Part shown: positions 10,097 through 19,642 of the stretch, piece by piece
Position numbering within the stretch: the stretch's first letter is position 1
Layout: each line of letters opens with the position of its first letter
NCBI GenBank assembly: GCA_044222065.1
Contig: JBGAOA010000007.1
Coordinates: forward strand, 21,889-85,888
From: Candidatus Eiseniibacteriota bacterium
GTDB lineage: Bacteria; Eisenbacteria; RBG-16-71-46
Reading direction: 5' to 3'
Length of the DNA stretch: 64,000 nucleotides
Notes under the pieces: model-generated
Told to the model about the DNA's origin: nothing
What the model saw: the letters and a program-made list of their open reading frames with translations, nothing else
The model's database searches: none
Made by a program: the position numbers and the translations under genes

Positions 10097-10584
10097 GGAG
10101 TGGTGTCTCCTTTCAAGGGCAGCCGCAGGACGATCTGCTCGCCGCCGCGATCGAGCACGACCTGCTCGCGGGTGATGCTGACGACTCGGAAATCCGAAAA
10201 CAGCGTGTTCTCGCGCACCGACCAGTCGCGTCCGCCCCAGCGCACGGTCGCGCGCGGATCGGCGTCCCACACGATCGAGGTGAGCAGCGGACGCGGCTTC
10301 TCGACGGGCGGCGCCGGAACGCGCGGCCGCGCCGGACCGGGCGCGGGATCGGGCGTTGCGATCGCGACGCCCGCGAACGGATCGCGGACGGGCGGCGTCA
10401 CGGACGAACCGCGCGCGAGCAGCAGCGTCAGGCGCGAGTAGGGGTCCACGTGCGGCGCGCCGCGCGTCTGAGCGCGCTGCCAGGCGCCCGACTGACGGAG
10501 CGCCGTGGTCGTGACGTTCAGCACGAGCACGAGCGTGAGGAGCCCGAGGACGGGCGGCAGGAGCTGCGCGGGCGAGAGCTTCAC
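10093..10584 (-). CDS. Hypothetical PilP/GspC-position protein
   Basis: N-terminal TM, RDPF motif, Pro-rich linker, small beta domain; lies between pilO-like gene and secretin with GTGA/ATGA overlaps. Confidence 0.6.
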   Translation of the reverse strand: MKLSPAQLLPPVLGLLTLVLVLNVTTTALRQSGAWQRAQTRGAPHVDPYSRLTLLLARGSSVTPPVRDPFAGVAIATPDPAPGPARPRVPAPPVEKPRPLLTSIVWDADPRATVRWGGRDWSVRENTLFSDFRVVSITREQVVLDRGGEQIVLRLPLKGDTTP

Positions 10585-11144
10585 GGACGTTCCGCCGGAC
10601 GTTGCAGGACGAGGCGCTTCATCCACAGCTCGATCATCGGTTCGTCTCCGGCGCGCGTCAGGGTGAAGCGCTCGATCGCATCGAGCTTGCCCGAACGCTC
10701 GATGCCGTCGAGGAAGCGGACGAACTCGGGGTAGCCGCCGCGGAGCTTCAGGTGCGCGCGCAGCTCGATCGTGCGCTTGTTCGTCGTCACCGGCCCGGGT
10801 TCGGTGAGCATCACGCCCGAGCCGGCGCGCTGCGCGAGCGACGTGAGGTCTTCGAGCATTGTCACCGTGAGCTGGCCCGAGTTGCCCTTCTCGCTCGCCT
10901 CGCGGCCGGGCAGCGAGTTCAGCGTCACGAGCGAGAACACCGCTGGCGGCAGCGGAACCGTGGATCCGCCGCCACCCGGGCTTTCGACGCCGCTGAACGG
11001 CTGGAGCGCCTTCTGGGCCGCCTCGTAACGCCGCACGGTCGGCAGGAACCAGAACGCGTGCAGTCCGAGCAGCACGAGGCAGATCGCGACGCCGCCCGCG
11101 AGCTGCCAGTGGCGGCGGATCGTGGCGAGGAGGACGGGGTTCAT
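10581..11144 (-). CDS. pilO: PilO/GspM-like alignment subunit
   Basis: N-terminal TM; LKLRGGYPEFVRFLDGIE motif; coupled to pilN. Confidence 0.7.
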   Translation of the reverse strand: MNPVLLATIRRHWQLAGGVAICLVLLGLHAFWFLPTVRRYEAAQKALQPFSGVESPGGGGSTVPLPPAVFSLVTLNSLPGREASEKGNSGQLTVTMLEDLTSLAQRAGSGVMLTEPGPVTTNKRTIELRAHLKLRGGYPEFVRFLDGIERSGKLDAIERFTLTRAGDEPMIELWMKRLVLQRPAERP

Positions 11145-11716
11145 CGGCACTCGATCGTGAACTCGGCAGTCGGATCCGAGGCGGCGCTCGAACTCGTCGA
11201 ACCGAGCTGGATGTTGCGATAGCCGCGCGAGAACGCGGAATCCGAGTGCAGCGTCGAGACGAAGTTCATGACGCTTCGCATGCGCTCCTGCGCGTCGGCC
11301 GCGCGCAGCGTGCCGGTGATGATGAACGGCGGCGAGTCCACGCCCGTGACGTTCTGCGGATTCAAAGCGAGGGACGAGACGCGTGCGGTCGGCGGCGTCA
11401 GGTCGGCGAGCCGCCCCATGCGCTCGCGCCAGCGCCGCGGATTCTCGACCGCCGACTCGATCTGGGCGATCTCCGCGGGCGTGAACGACCACGCGACGCG
11501 CTGCCCGGCTTCGACGCGCAGGCTCTTCGCCTGGCGCTCCATCGTCGCGACGCGGCGCGAGAACATGACGGCGTTCAATCCGTACAGGCCCAGCAGCAGC
11601 GCCATCACGCCGAAGTACGCGACCCACACGCCGAGCGCCACGACGCGGCGCCGCGCGCGCGCCTGCTCCTGTTCCCACGCTTCGCGGCGAAAGTTGATCG
11701 TGAACGTCGTGCTCAC
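11141..11716 (-). CDS. pilN: PilN-like alignment subunit
   Basis: INF (INL-like) motif, TM, coiled coil, ends FTIEC; coupled to pilM. Confidence 0.7.
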   Translation of the reverse strand: MSTTFTINFRREAWEQEQARARRRVVALGVWVAYFGVMALLLGLYGLNAVMFSRRVATMERQAKSLRVEAGQRVAWSFTPAEIAQIESAVENPRRWRERMGRLADLTPPTARVSSLALNPQNVTGVDSPPFIITGTLRAADAQERMRSVMNFVSTLHSDSAFSRGYRNIQLGSTSSSAASDPTAEFTIECR

Positions 11717-12759
11717 ACGGACCTCAGCGCGAGGCCGTAGGCCTGCGCGAACTGCGGGCCCGTGCGCGCGCCCGCCGATTCGGCGTCGCGCTCGAGCGGG
11801 CTGAAGAGCAGCACGGGGAATCCGATCAGCTCCCCGAGCCGCGCCGCGAGTCCCGGAATGCGCGCCGTGCCGCCCGAGAGCCACAGCTTCATCGGATCCG
11901 GCAGACGCCCCATCGTGCGGTAGAACGCGAACGAGCGGCGCAGTTCCTCGACGAGATCGCGGCGCAGCGCATCGAGCATCGCCTGCATCTCGGGGGAGCC
12001 CCAGTCCACGCGGAAGCCCGGCTGGTCCGAGCCGGCGGCGAGCTTCCACTCGGCGGCCTCGTCGAGCGGGATGCGGGTCTCGCGCGCGATCGCGCGCGTG
12101 AGCGTCGCGCCGCCGAATTCGATGCGCCGGCCGAAGTACGGCTCGCCGCGCTGCCACAGCGTGAGGTGCGAGGACTGGTGGCCGATGTCGAGCAGCAGCT
12201 GCGCCTCGCGCTCGGTCTCGCGTCCGTGCACGAGCGCGTTCGTCAGCGCGAGCGGCGCCGCGTCCACGATGTCGGCTTCGAGGCCGAGAGCCGTGAGCGG
12301 CGCCGAGCAGCGCGCGAGCCGCTCCTGCGAGACCGCGGCGAGCAGCACTTCGAGGCGCTTCTCGGACGGGTAGCGCGAGAGGATCTGGTAGTCCACGACC
12401 ATGGAGCCGAGATCGAACGGCACGTGCTTGCGGGCTTCGAAGCGGAGCGCCGGACCGACCTCGTCGTCGGCGAGCAGCGGCAGCGTGATCTGCTTCACGA
12501 ACACGTCCGGGCCCGAGAGGCCGAGCGTGAGGCCGCGAAGTCCGCGCGGCGACAGGCCGATCTGGCCGAACGCGTCGGCGACGAGGCGCACGACCGCATC
12601 CGTCGGCGGCGGCCCGTCACCGCTTTCGCCACCCGGCATCGAGACTTCGGCGAACAGCGGGCGCCCCGCGCCCACGCCGACGGGCAACGCGACCAGTTTG
12701 ATGGAGAACGTGCCGATGTCGAGCCCGACCCAGGGTCGGGAACGGATGCCAGACTGCAT
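11713..12759 (-). CDS. pilM: Type IV pilus assembly protein PilM
   Basis: VGLDIGTFSIK, FEARKHVPF, LLDIG, FGG, LSGGTARIPGL, YGLALR. Confidence 0.92.
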   Translation of the reverse strand: MQSGIRSRPWVGLDIGTFSIKLVALPVGVGAGRPLFAEVSMPGGESGDGPPPTDAVVRLVADAFGQIGLSPRGLRGLTLGLSGPDVFVKQITLPLLADDEVGPALRFEARKHVPFDLGSMVVDYQILSRYPSEKRLEVLLAAVSQERLARCSAPLTALGLEADIVDAAPLALTNALVHGRETEREAQLLLDIGHQSSHLTLWQRGEPYFGRRIEFGGATLTRAIARETRIPLDEAAEWKLAAGSDQPGFRVDWGSPEMQAMLDALRRDLVEELRRSFAFYRTMGRLPDPMKLWLSGGTARIPGLAARLGELIGFPVLLFSPLERDAESAGARTGPQFAQAYGLALRSV

Positions 12760-12775
12760 GTCGGGGAGTTTTAGC

Positions 12776-14023
12776 CTAATTGGACGCGGTGTTCCACGTA
12801 CCGGGCTTGAGGGTCAGCTGGCCGCCGGTGAACACGGCATTCGGGAGCGCGCCCTGTTGTGTGAGCCAGTCGATGACGCCGCCCGGCTGGTCCTGGGATG
12901 CGGTCTGGCGGTGGCGCAGCGTCCAGTCCTCCTTCTCGGCTTCCTTGAAACGCACCTCGGAGGCATAGACGCTGAAGTAGTCGACGCTGCGGACTTGGTT
13001 GTCGTAGCGCTTGGTCAGCTGCACTGCACCGTTGGTGACCAACACGACCGGCAGGCCGTCGGGTCCATCCGAGTCGAGGCCGTCGTCGAACCAGATGCCC
13101 TTGCCGGCCCACGGGCCCTCCGGGTCCGATTCGGTGCAGGTGCTCGGCCCCGCGACGATCACGAGGCACGCGGATGGATCCGAGCCGATCTTCTCGACGC
13201 GCACACGATTCTGGAAGAACACGCCCTCAGGGAAGACCCAGACGGCGCGGCCGCGCACCCGGATCGTCGTCGTACCGTGCGTCTCGAGGAACGTGAGGCC
13301 CGCGAACGTGCTGCGAACATAGGAGAAGTAGCGGAGGTTGTTCGCGCCCGCATCAAGCGTGTACGTCGGCGTCGTCATCGAGTCCTGAAGCGTCGCCTGG
13401 GTCGTCGAGCCGTGCGCCGCGAGATACGCCGCGATCGGTGGCGCCGGCACCGAGGGCGGCGCCATCCGGATGCCGTCCAGCTCGTTGTGGAGCTGCCCGA
13501 GCCAGCTCGCGTTCGCCGTGTTCCACCACGCCGTGTCGCCCCGCACGATGATCTTGTCGGTGTTCAGGGCGGTGATCGGGCCCGCGACCGTGAGCAGCCG
13601 CTTGTAGTAGTCGATGCTCGCGCGAATCTCGAACTGGCCGCCCGTCGCGACCGACACGTCGCCGAGCCGGCCGTAGGCGGTCAGGCTCACGGGCACGCCA
13701 CCCGCGATCACGCCAGTCCGGTAGGTATTCGGCCCGATCGTCTGGGTCGCGACGACGGAGTCGATGCCGCCCGCGGGGAAACCCCAGTTCGAGTTCTCGA
13801 GCCGCCCGCCCTTCGCGAGCTGGAACTTCGCGCGCTCGATCGCGCTCTGGGTGGCCTCGAACATCTGCTCGCGGTCGAGCGAGGCGATCATGAACTGCGA
13901 CTCGTACGACGACAGCGCGAACAGCGAGCCGCCGATCCACGTGAGCGCGATGATCAGCATGATCACGCCGATCAGCGCGAAACCGCGTTCACCGCGCTCG
14001 GAGGTTCGAAGCTCGCGCGTCAT
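12776..14023 (-). CDS. Large PilX/GspK-like minor pilin
   Basis: Prepilin-like ERG|FALIGVIMLIIAL without Glu5; 415 aa with a large beta-rich C-terminal region. Confidence 0.7.
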   Translation of the reverse strand: MTRELRTSERGERGFALIGVIMLIIALTWIGGSLFALSSYESQFMIASLDREQMFEATQSAIERAKFQLAKGGRLENSNWGFPAGGIDSVVATQTIGPNTYRTGVIAGGVPVSLTAYGRLGDVSVATGGQFEIRASIDYYKRLLTVAGPITALNTDKIIVRGDTAWWNTANASWLGQLHNELDGIRMAPPSVPAPPIAAYLAAHGSTTQATLQDSMTTPTYTLDAGANNLRYFSYVRSTFAGLTFLETHGTTTIRVRGRAVWVFPEGVFFQNRVRVEKIGSDPSACLVIVAGPSTCTESDPEGPWAGKGIWFDDGLDSDGPDGLPVVLVTNGAVQLTKRYDNQVRSVDYFSVYASEVRFKEAEKEDWTLRHRQTASQDQPGGVIDWLTQQGALPNAVFTGGQLTLKPGTWNTASN

Positions 14024-14505
14024 CGGTTGTACATCCCCATCGTGGTGTTCAACTCGACGACGGCGCCGTTCGCGGAGCGCAGGTGCAACGCCGTCACGAC
14101 GACTTGCGCGGTGTCCGCCCAGGCTTCGAAGCGCACGACCGTCGAGCTGCCGAGGCCGCCGCGGTCGATGAGCGTGCCGGGAATGCTCGCGACGTATTCG
14201 TGGACGAGGGAGTCCCCGCCGAGCTCGTACTTCGCGATCGAAAGTCCGTCGTGGTCGAAGAGGGTGATCGACGTCGGGCCCGTGGAAACCGTCGCCGACG
14301 CCGCGGGGCGGATGTGCTGCGTCATGCGCTCGAGGATGAACGTCCCCTCGCGCTGCGTGAGCGATTGCCCGGACGACTCGATCCACGTCGCCTGCGACGT
14401 CAGGTAGAAGCCCACCATGCCGACCATGACGATCGTCGCGAGCACGACGACCACCGTCAGCTCGAGCAGCGTGAGGCCGCGTTCGTTCGAGGTCGTGCGC
14501 GTCAT
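14020..14505 (-). CDS. Minor pilin (PilW-like)
   Basis: ERG|LTLLEL prepilin motif. Confidence 0.8.
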   Translation of the reverse strand: MTRTTSNERGLTLLELTVVVVLATIVMVGMVGFYLTSQATWIESSGQSLTQREGTFILERMTQHIRPAASATVSTGPTSITLFDHDGLSIAKYELGGDSLVHEYVASIPGTLIDRGGLGSSTVVRFEAWADTAQVVVTALHLRSANGAVVELNTTMGMYNR

Positions 14506-14960
14506 TGGGCGGGGAAGAGCCGGGTGAGCACGATGCTGTCCGCTTCGGCGCCGGCGCCCCACGAGACCGAGACGCGCGCCTGCTTCAGGTCGTTCGGTCC
14601 GTCCGAGTCCGAGCCGCCGGTGCTGTCGAATGCCGCGTCGTACCACGACACGTTCCAGCGTTCGGTGCCGTAGCTCGTTCCGCGATAGTCGAAGGTCGCG
14701 CTGCCCGTCGTGCCGGGCGTGAGCAGCGTCGCCGGCAGCACGGCGAGCTGTTCCATGCGCGACTGCGCGACGCCGAGCGCGGCGCGCGCGATCTCGTAGC
14801 GGCCGATCAAGCCGCGGCCCACCCCGAACGTGTACGCGAGCCCGAGCACGGCGACGACGGCGATCGCGGTCGCGAGCACCGCCTCGACCAGAGAGAAACC
14901 GCGCTGGCCGCGTGCGTCCGCGGCCAGCGCAGTGGGAGCCTTGCCCTGAAGGTCCTTCAT
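14502..14960 (-). CDS. Minor pilin (PilV-like)
   Basis: QRG|FSLVEA prepilin motif; AQSRMEQL. Confidence 0.8.
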   Translation of the reverse strand: MKDLQGKAPTALAADARGQRGFSLVEAVLATAIAVVAVLGLAYTFGVGRGLIGRYEIARAALGVAQSRMEQLAVLPATLLTPGTTGSATFDYRGTSYGTERWNVSWYDAAFDSTGGSDSDGPNDLKQARVSVSWGAGAEADSIVLTRLFPAQ

Positions 14961-14988
14961 CGATTGCGGCCCGTCCGGGGCCGTGCGA

Positions 14989-15384
14989 CTACGGCGTCCA
15001 GGTGCCGGTGCCCGTCGTGCGGTCGTACGCGTACGTGACGGTGCCGGCGGAGGCCACGTCGCCGATGCCGACGGCCGTGACCGTGTACCCGGTCGCACCC
15101 GTCGCGGCGACCGTGATCGTCCAGTGCGCCTTCGCTTCGGTGAGGTCGCAGTTCAGCGTCGTGCCGAGGCCGGTCGTGAAGTCGTCCGACGCGTACACGC
15201 CGTTGACCTGGAAGTGCGTCTGCTCGGCCGTGATGACGGCGCCGATCGCGCCCTTGGCTTCCGTGCGCTGTGCGTCCCGGACGTAATTGATGTAGAGCGG
15301 CACCGCCACCGCGGCCAGGATCGCCACGATCACGATGACGACCATCAACTCCATCAGGGTGAAGCCTTTTTGGTTCCTGCGCAT
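14989..15384 (-). CDS. pilA: Type IVa pilin, probably the major pilin
   Basis: MRRNQKG|FTLMELMVVIVIVAILAAVAVP; strong GAGGAG RBS; own intergenic leader. Confidence 0.85.
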   Translation of the reverse strand: MRRNQKGFTLMELMVVIVIVAILAAVAVPLYINYVRDAQRTEAKGAIGAVITAEQTHFQVNGVYASDDFTTGLGTTLNCDLTEAKAHWTITVAATGATGYTVTAVGIGDVASAGTVTYAYDRTTGTGTWTP

Positions 15385-15512
15385 TCCGACGTCTCCTCTG
15401 CGGGTGGGCTCCCGTGTGACGGCCGCCCGGCGAACGTCGCCGGGGGTGTTGCGTTCGTGGGGATTCGCCGGCCGGATTCCAGCGGAACCCGGGTTCGGCG
15501 CGGTCGCGACTC

Positions 15513-16781
15513 CTAGTGTCCGAGCAGGCCGGACCGCATGGCCTGACCGAGGTTGAAGATCGGCAGGTAGAGGGCGATCAGGACGATGCCGACGACCCCG
15601 CCGAGCAGGACGATGGCGATCGGCTCGATCAGTGAAGACAGCCCGTCCACCGCCGCAGTCACTCGTTGTTCGTAGAAGTCTGCCGTGCGGCCGAGCATGT
15701 TGTCCAGTTGTCCCGTCTCTTCGCCGGTCGCCGTCATCTGGACGAGCATTTCCGGGAACACGCCCGTGTCGCCCATCGCCTTGGAAAGCGACGTTCCGGT
15801 CTCGACCTTCGCCCGAACCTCCTCGATGCCGCGCTCGAGCACCCGGTTGCCGGGCACCGGCTTCATCACCTTGAGCGCGTAGAGGATCTGGGTGCCGCTC
15901 GCGGTCAGGATCGAGAGCGTGCGGGCGAACTTCGTGATCGCGTACATGCGGATCAGGGAGCCAAAAACCGGCAATCTGAACTTGAGGCGATCCATCCACA
16001 GCCGCCCCGCCTCGGTCTGGAGCGCGTTCCAGATCGCGAGCACCGCCACGACTCCGAGCGCTGCAACGAGCAGCAAGTTCTCGGTGATGACCCGGCTCAC
16101 GACGAGCAGGATCTGGGTCGGCAGCGGGAGCGGGACCTTGAAGCGCGCGTAGATGGTCGCGAACATCGGGATGATCTTGAGGATCATCACGAGCAGCACC
16201 ATGAACGAGAACGTGAGCACGAACGTCGGGTAGCGCAGCGCCGCTTCGACGCGCACGCGCAGCGACTCGGCGCGCTCGAGGTAGGCCGCGGTCTGGTCCA
16301 TGATCTGGTCGAGCGTGCCCGAAACCTCGCCCGTGTGGACGAGGCTCACGAACACCTCGTCGAACACCGCCGGGTGCCGCGACAGGGCGCTCGAGAGCGA
16401 CTCGCCCTTCTGCACGTCCTCGGCGAGTCGCTCGAGGATGGACGCGAGCTTGCGGTCCTGATGGTCGCGCGCGATCGAGCGCAGCGAGCGGACGAGCGGC
16501 AGGCCCACGCCGATCATCGTGGACAGCTGGCGTGCGAACAGCGCGACCGAGCCGGGCTGTACGTGGTTCTGCCAGCGGTCGAGCGCGTGGTGGTAGGCCT
16601 TGAGCAGCGGGAAGGCGCGAGCGCTCGCCCGCACGCCCTCGGGCGCGCGCGGCTCGATGAACACGGGCACGAGCTTCGAGCCCTCGAGGATGCGCAGAAC
16701 TTCCTCTTCGGAAGCGGCGACCTCGATGCCCTCGTGCGCCCGCCCGCTCGAATCGCGGGCCTTGTAGTAGTAGCTCGGCAA
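15513..16781 (-). CDS. pilC: Inner-membrane platform protein PilC/GspF
   Basis: FARQLSTM, GEVSGTL, YP, GEETGQL, LIEP, ALYLPIF; TTG start. Confidence 0.95.
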   Translation of the reverse strand: MPSYYYKARDSSGRAHEGIEVAASEEEVLRILEGSKLVPVFIEPRAPEGVRASARAFPLLKAYHHALDRWQNHVQPGSVALFARQLSTMIGVGLPLVRSLRSIARDHQDRKLASILERLAEDVQKGESLSSALSRHPAVFDEVFVSLVHTGEVSGTLDQIMDQTAAYLERAESLRVRVEAALRYPTFVLTFSFMVLLVMILKIIPMFATIYARFKVPLPLPTQILLVVSRVITENLLLVAALGVVAVLAIWNALQTEAGRLWMDRLKFRLPVFGSLIRMYAITKFARTLSILTASGTQILYALKVMKPVPGNRVLERGIEEVRAKVETGTSLSKAMGDTGVFPEMLVQMTATGEETGQLDNMLGRTADFYEQRVTAAVDGLSSLIEPIAIVLLGGVVGIVLIALYLPIFNLGQAMRSGLLGH

Positions 16782-16784
16782 TGC

Positions 16785-18509
16785 CTACTCCGGGTCGGCG
16801 AGCGTGACCGCCCGCACTTCGTCCAACGTCGTCACGCCGTCGAGCGCCTTGCGGATGCCGCTCTTGCGCAGCGTCATGAGTCCGTCGGCGACCGAGCGCT
16901 GCTTGATCTGGTCTTCGTTGAGGCCGTCGAGGACCATGCGCCGGACGCCCTTCGTCACTTCCATCACCTCGAACACCGCGACGCGGCCCTGATAGCCGGT
17001 CTGCTTGCAGACGATGCAGCCGCGTCCGCGCGCGAGTCTCTTTCCCACGAGCAGCGGCGCGTCCTCGCCGAGCGCCGCGACCGTTTCGGCGTCGGCGACG
17101 TACCACTCCTTGCAGCGCTCGCACACGCGGCGCACGAGGCGCTGCGCCATCACCATCGTCACGGCGGAGCCAACGAGGTAGCGCGGCACGTCCATGTCGA
17201 CGAGGCGCGTCACCGTGCCGGGCGCGTCGTTCGCGTGCACCGACGACAGCACGAGGTGGCCCGTGAGCGCCGACTTCACCGCGATGTCCGCGGTCTCGGC
17301 GTCACGGATCTCGCCGATCATGATCACGTCCGGGTCCTGGCGCAGGATCGAGCGCAGCGCGCGCGCGAACGTCATGCCGACCTTGTGGTTCGCGTGCACC
17401 TGGTTCACGGCCTCGATGTGGTACTCGATCGGGTCCTCGACCGACACGACGTTCTTGTGGACGCTCTTGATCTCGCCGAGCGCCGAGTAGAGCGTCGTCG
17501 TCTTTCCCGATCCCGTCGGGCCCGAGACGAGGATCATGCCGTAGGGCTGGCGGATCGATCGCTGGAACACCTCGAGGCCCTGGCCTTCGAGCCCGAGATT
17601 GTGGATCTCGCGGGTGAACGCCATCTTGTCGAACAGTCGCATCACGACCTTCTCGCCGAACGCGGTCGGCAGCGTCGAGACGCGGATGTCCACCTCGCGG
17701 TCCGGCAGGTGCACCGTGAGCCGGCCGTCCTGCGGCAGCAGCCGCACGGCGATGTCGAGGTCCGAGAGCACCTTGATGCGCGAGATGATCGCCATCTGCA
17801 GATTCTTCGGCGGCTTCATGACCTCGTGCAGCAGGCCGTCGATGCGGAAGCGCACGACGACGCGGTCGCGCGCGGGCTCGACGTGGATGTCGCTCGCGCG
17901 CTGGTCGATCGCCTCGGCGAGCATCAGGTTCACGAGCCGCACGACCGGCGCGTCCTCGACCTGCGCGCGCAGCGCGGCGAGGTCCACGTCGGACTCCTCG
18001 TCGCTCGCGGCCGTGAGGTCGATCTTGTCGAGGATCTCGCCGACCTGCTCGGTCGCGCGGATCTCCTGGTAGAACTCCTCGACCGCCTCGCGCACCTCGC
18101 TCGGCTGCGAGATCCACACCTTGAGCGAGCAGCCCGTGAGCGCGCGCAGGTGGTCGAGCGACACGACGTCGAGCGGATCGCCGACCGCGACCTCGATCTG
18201 GTCCTCGTGCCGCGCGAGCGCCAGCATGCCGGCCTGCTTCGCGAGGTGTTCGGGGATCAGCTTCACCGCGACGGGGTCGGCCTTCGAGAGCCGCTCGGCA
18301 TCCGCGATCGGGAGCGAGAACTGCTCGGCGAGCAGCTCGACGACGTGACGCTCCTTGAGCACGCCCATGCGGACGAGCGTCTGGCCGAGACGTTCCTTCG
18401 GATCGCTGCGTCCCTTGAGCGCGCCCTGCAGCTGCTCGGGCGTCACGAGCCCGCGCTCGACGATCAACTCGCCGAAGCGCCGCGTCGAGAGGCGGAACGA
18501 AGTCGTCAT
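16785..18509 (-). CDS. pilB: Assembly ATPase PilB/GspE with N-terminal MshEN-like domain
   Basis: SDIHVEP, PQDGR, GPTGSGKTT, EDPIE, LRQDPDVIMIGEIRD, TGHLVLSSVH, CERC..CIVC. Confidence 0.95.
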   Translation of the reverse strand: MTTSFRLSTRRFGELIVERGLVTPEQLQGALKGRSDPKERLGQTLVRMGVLKERHVVELLAEQFSLPIADAERLSKADPVAVKLIPEHLAKQAGMLALARHEDQIEVAVGDPLDVVSLDHLRALTGCSLKVWISQPSEVREAVEEFYQEIRATEQVGEILDKIDLTAASDEESDVDLAALRAQVEDAPVVRLVNLMLAEAIDQRASDIHVEPARDRVVVRFRIDGLLHEVMKPPKNLQMAIISRIKVLSDLDIAVRLLPQDGRLTVHLPDREVDIRVSTLPTAFGEKVVMRLFDKMAFTREIHNLGLEGQGLEVFQRSIRQPYGMILVSGPTGSGKTTTLYSALGEIKSVHKNVVSVEDPIEYHIEAVNQVHANHKVGMTFARALRSILRQDPDVIMIGEIRDAETADIAVKSALTGHLVLSSVHANDAPGTVTRLVDMDVPRYLVGSAVTMVMAQRLVRRVCERCKEWYVADAETVAALGEDAPLLVGKRLARGRGCIVCKQTGYQGRVAVFEVMEVTKGVRRMVLDGLNEDQIKQRSVADGLMTLRKSGIRKALDGVTTLDEVRAVTLADPE

Positions 18510-19642
18510 CGGGGCGCCGCCGATCGCGCCGGAACGCCGCCGGCGATGTTCGCCGCCCGGTAGTGGCGCTTCTGGAGGTGGGCGCGCTTCTCGGTGTCCT
18601 CGAAGTACGGATGCGCGACCTCGAAGTCGATCGTGCCGCGATCCACGAGCTCGGCGAGCGAATCGTCGAGCGCGATCATGTCCTCCTTGAGGCTCGTCGC
18701 GATCACGTTCGTGATCTGGTGGATCTTGTCCTCGCGGATCAGGTTCTGCACCGCCTGGTTGACGAACAGGATCTCGCGCGCCGCGACGCGCCCGCGGCCG
18801 TCCGTGCGCGGCAGCAGCACCTGGCACACGACGGCGCGCAGCGTGAGCGAGAGCTGCGAGCGGATCTGCGACTGCTGGTGCGGGGGGAACGAGTCGATGA
18901 TGCGCGTCACGGTCTGCGAGGCGGACTGCGTCGCCATCGTCGAGATGACGAGGTTGCCCGTCTCGGCCGCGGTCAGCGCGATCGCCATGCTCGAGAGGTC
19001 TCGCATCTCGCCGACGAAGATCACGTGCGGCAGCTGCCGCAGCGCGCCGCGCAGGCCGCGCGCGTAGCTCTTCGTGTCCACGCCGACCTCGCGCTGTTCG
19101 ATCACGGCGTTCTTCGGCTCGAACACGAACTCGATCGGGTCCTCGACCGTCACGATGTGCTTGCGCGCCGCACCCTGGTTCAGCTGCTCGACGAGCGACG
19201 CGATCGTCGTGGACTTGCCGGCGCCGGTCGGCCCCGTCACGAGCACGAGGCCGCGCGTGAGCCCGAGCAGCCGCTGGACGACGTGCGGGGCGAGCCCGAT
19301 CTCGGTCGGAAGCGGGATGCGCATGGGAACGATGCGGATCGCGGCGCCCCAGCAGCCCTTCTGGACGAACAGGTTGACGCGGAAGTGGGCCACGCCCGCG
19401 AGCACGTAGCGCGTGTCGAGTTCGAGGTCGCGCAGGAAGCGCTCGTGGAGCGCGGGGGTGAGGAAGCTCTCGGCGAGGCGGCGCGAGTCGTCCGGCGTGA
19501 GCGATTGCGTTCCCGTCATCGGCTGCAGCACGCCCGCGACCGTGACCATGACCGGGTGGCCCGCGGTCAGGATGAGGTCCGAGGCGCCGAGTTCGGCCGC
19601 CCGCCTCAGGATCGGGTCGCGTTCGAGGAGGATGGCGTCCAT
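18506..19642 (-). CDS. pilT: PilT/PilU-family ATPase with a degenerate His box
   Basis: FRVN, GPTGAGKSTT, EDPIEF, QREVG, VGEMRD, AVQNLIRE. Confidence 0.88.
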   Translation of the reverse strand: MDAILLERDPILRRAAELGASDLILTAGHPVMVTVAGVLQPMTGTQSLTPDDSRRLAESFLTPALHERFLRDLELDTRYVLAGVAHFRVNLFVQKGCWGAAIRIVPMRIPLPTEIGLAPHVVQRLLGLTRGLVLVTGPTGAGKSTTIASLVEQLNQGAARKHIVTVEDPIEFVFEPKNAVIEQREVGVDTKSYARGLRGALRQLPHVIFVGEMRDLSSMAIALTAAETGNLVISTMATQSASQTVTRIIDSFPPHQQSQIRSQLSLTLRAVVCQVLLPRTDGRGRVAAREILFVNQAVQNLIREDKIHQITNVIATSLKEDMIALDDSLAELVDRGTIDFEVAHPYFEDTEKRAHLQKRHYRAANIAGGVPARSAAPR

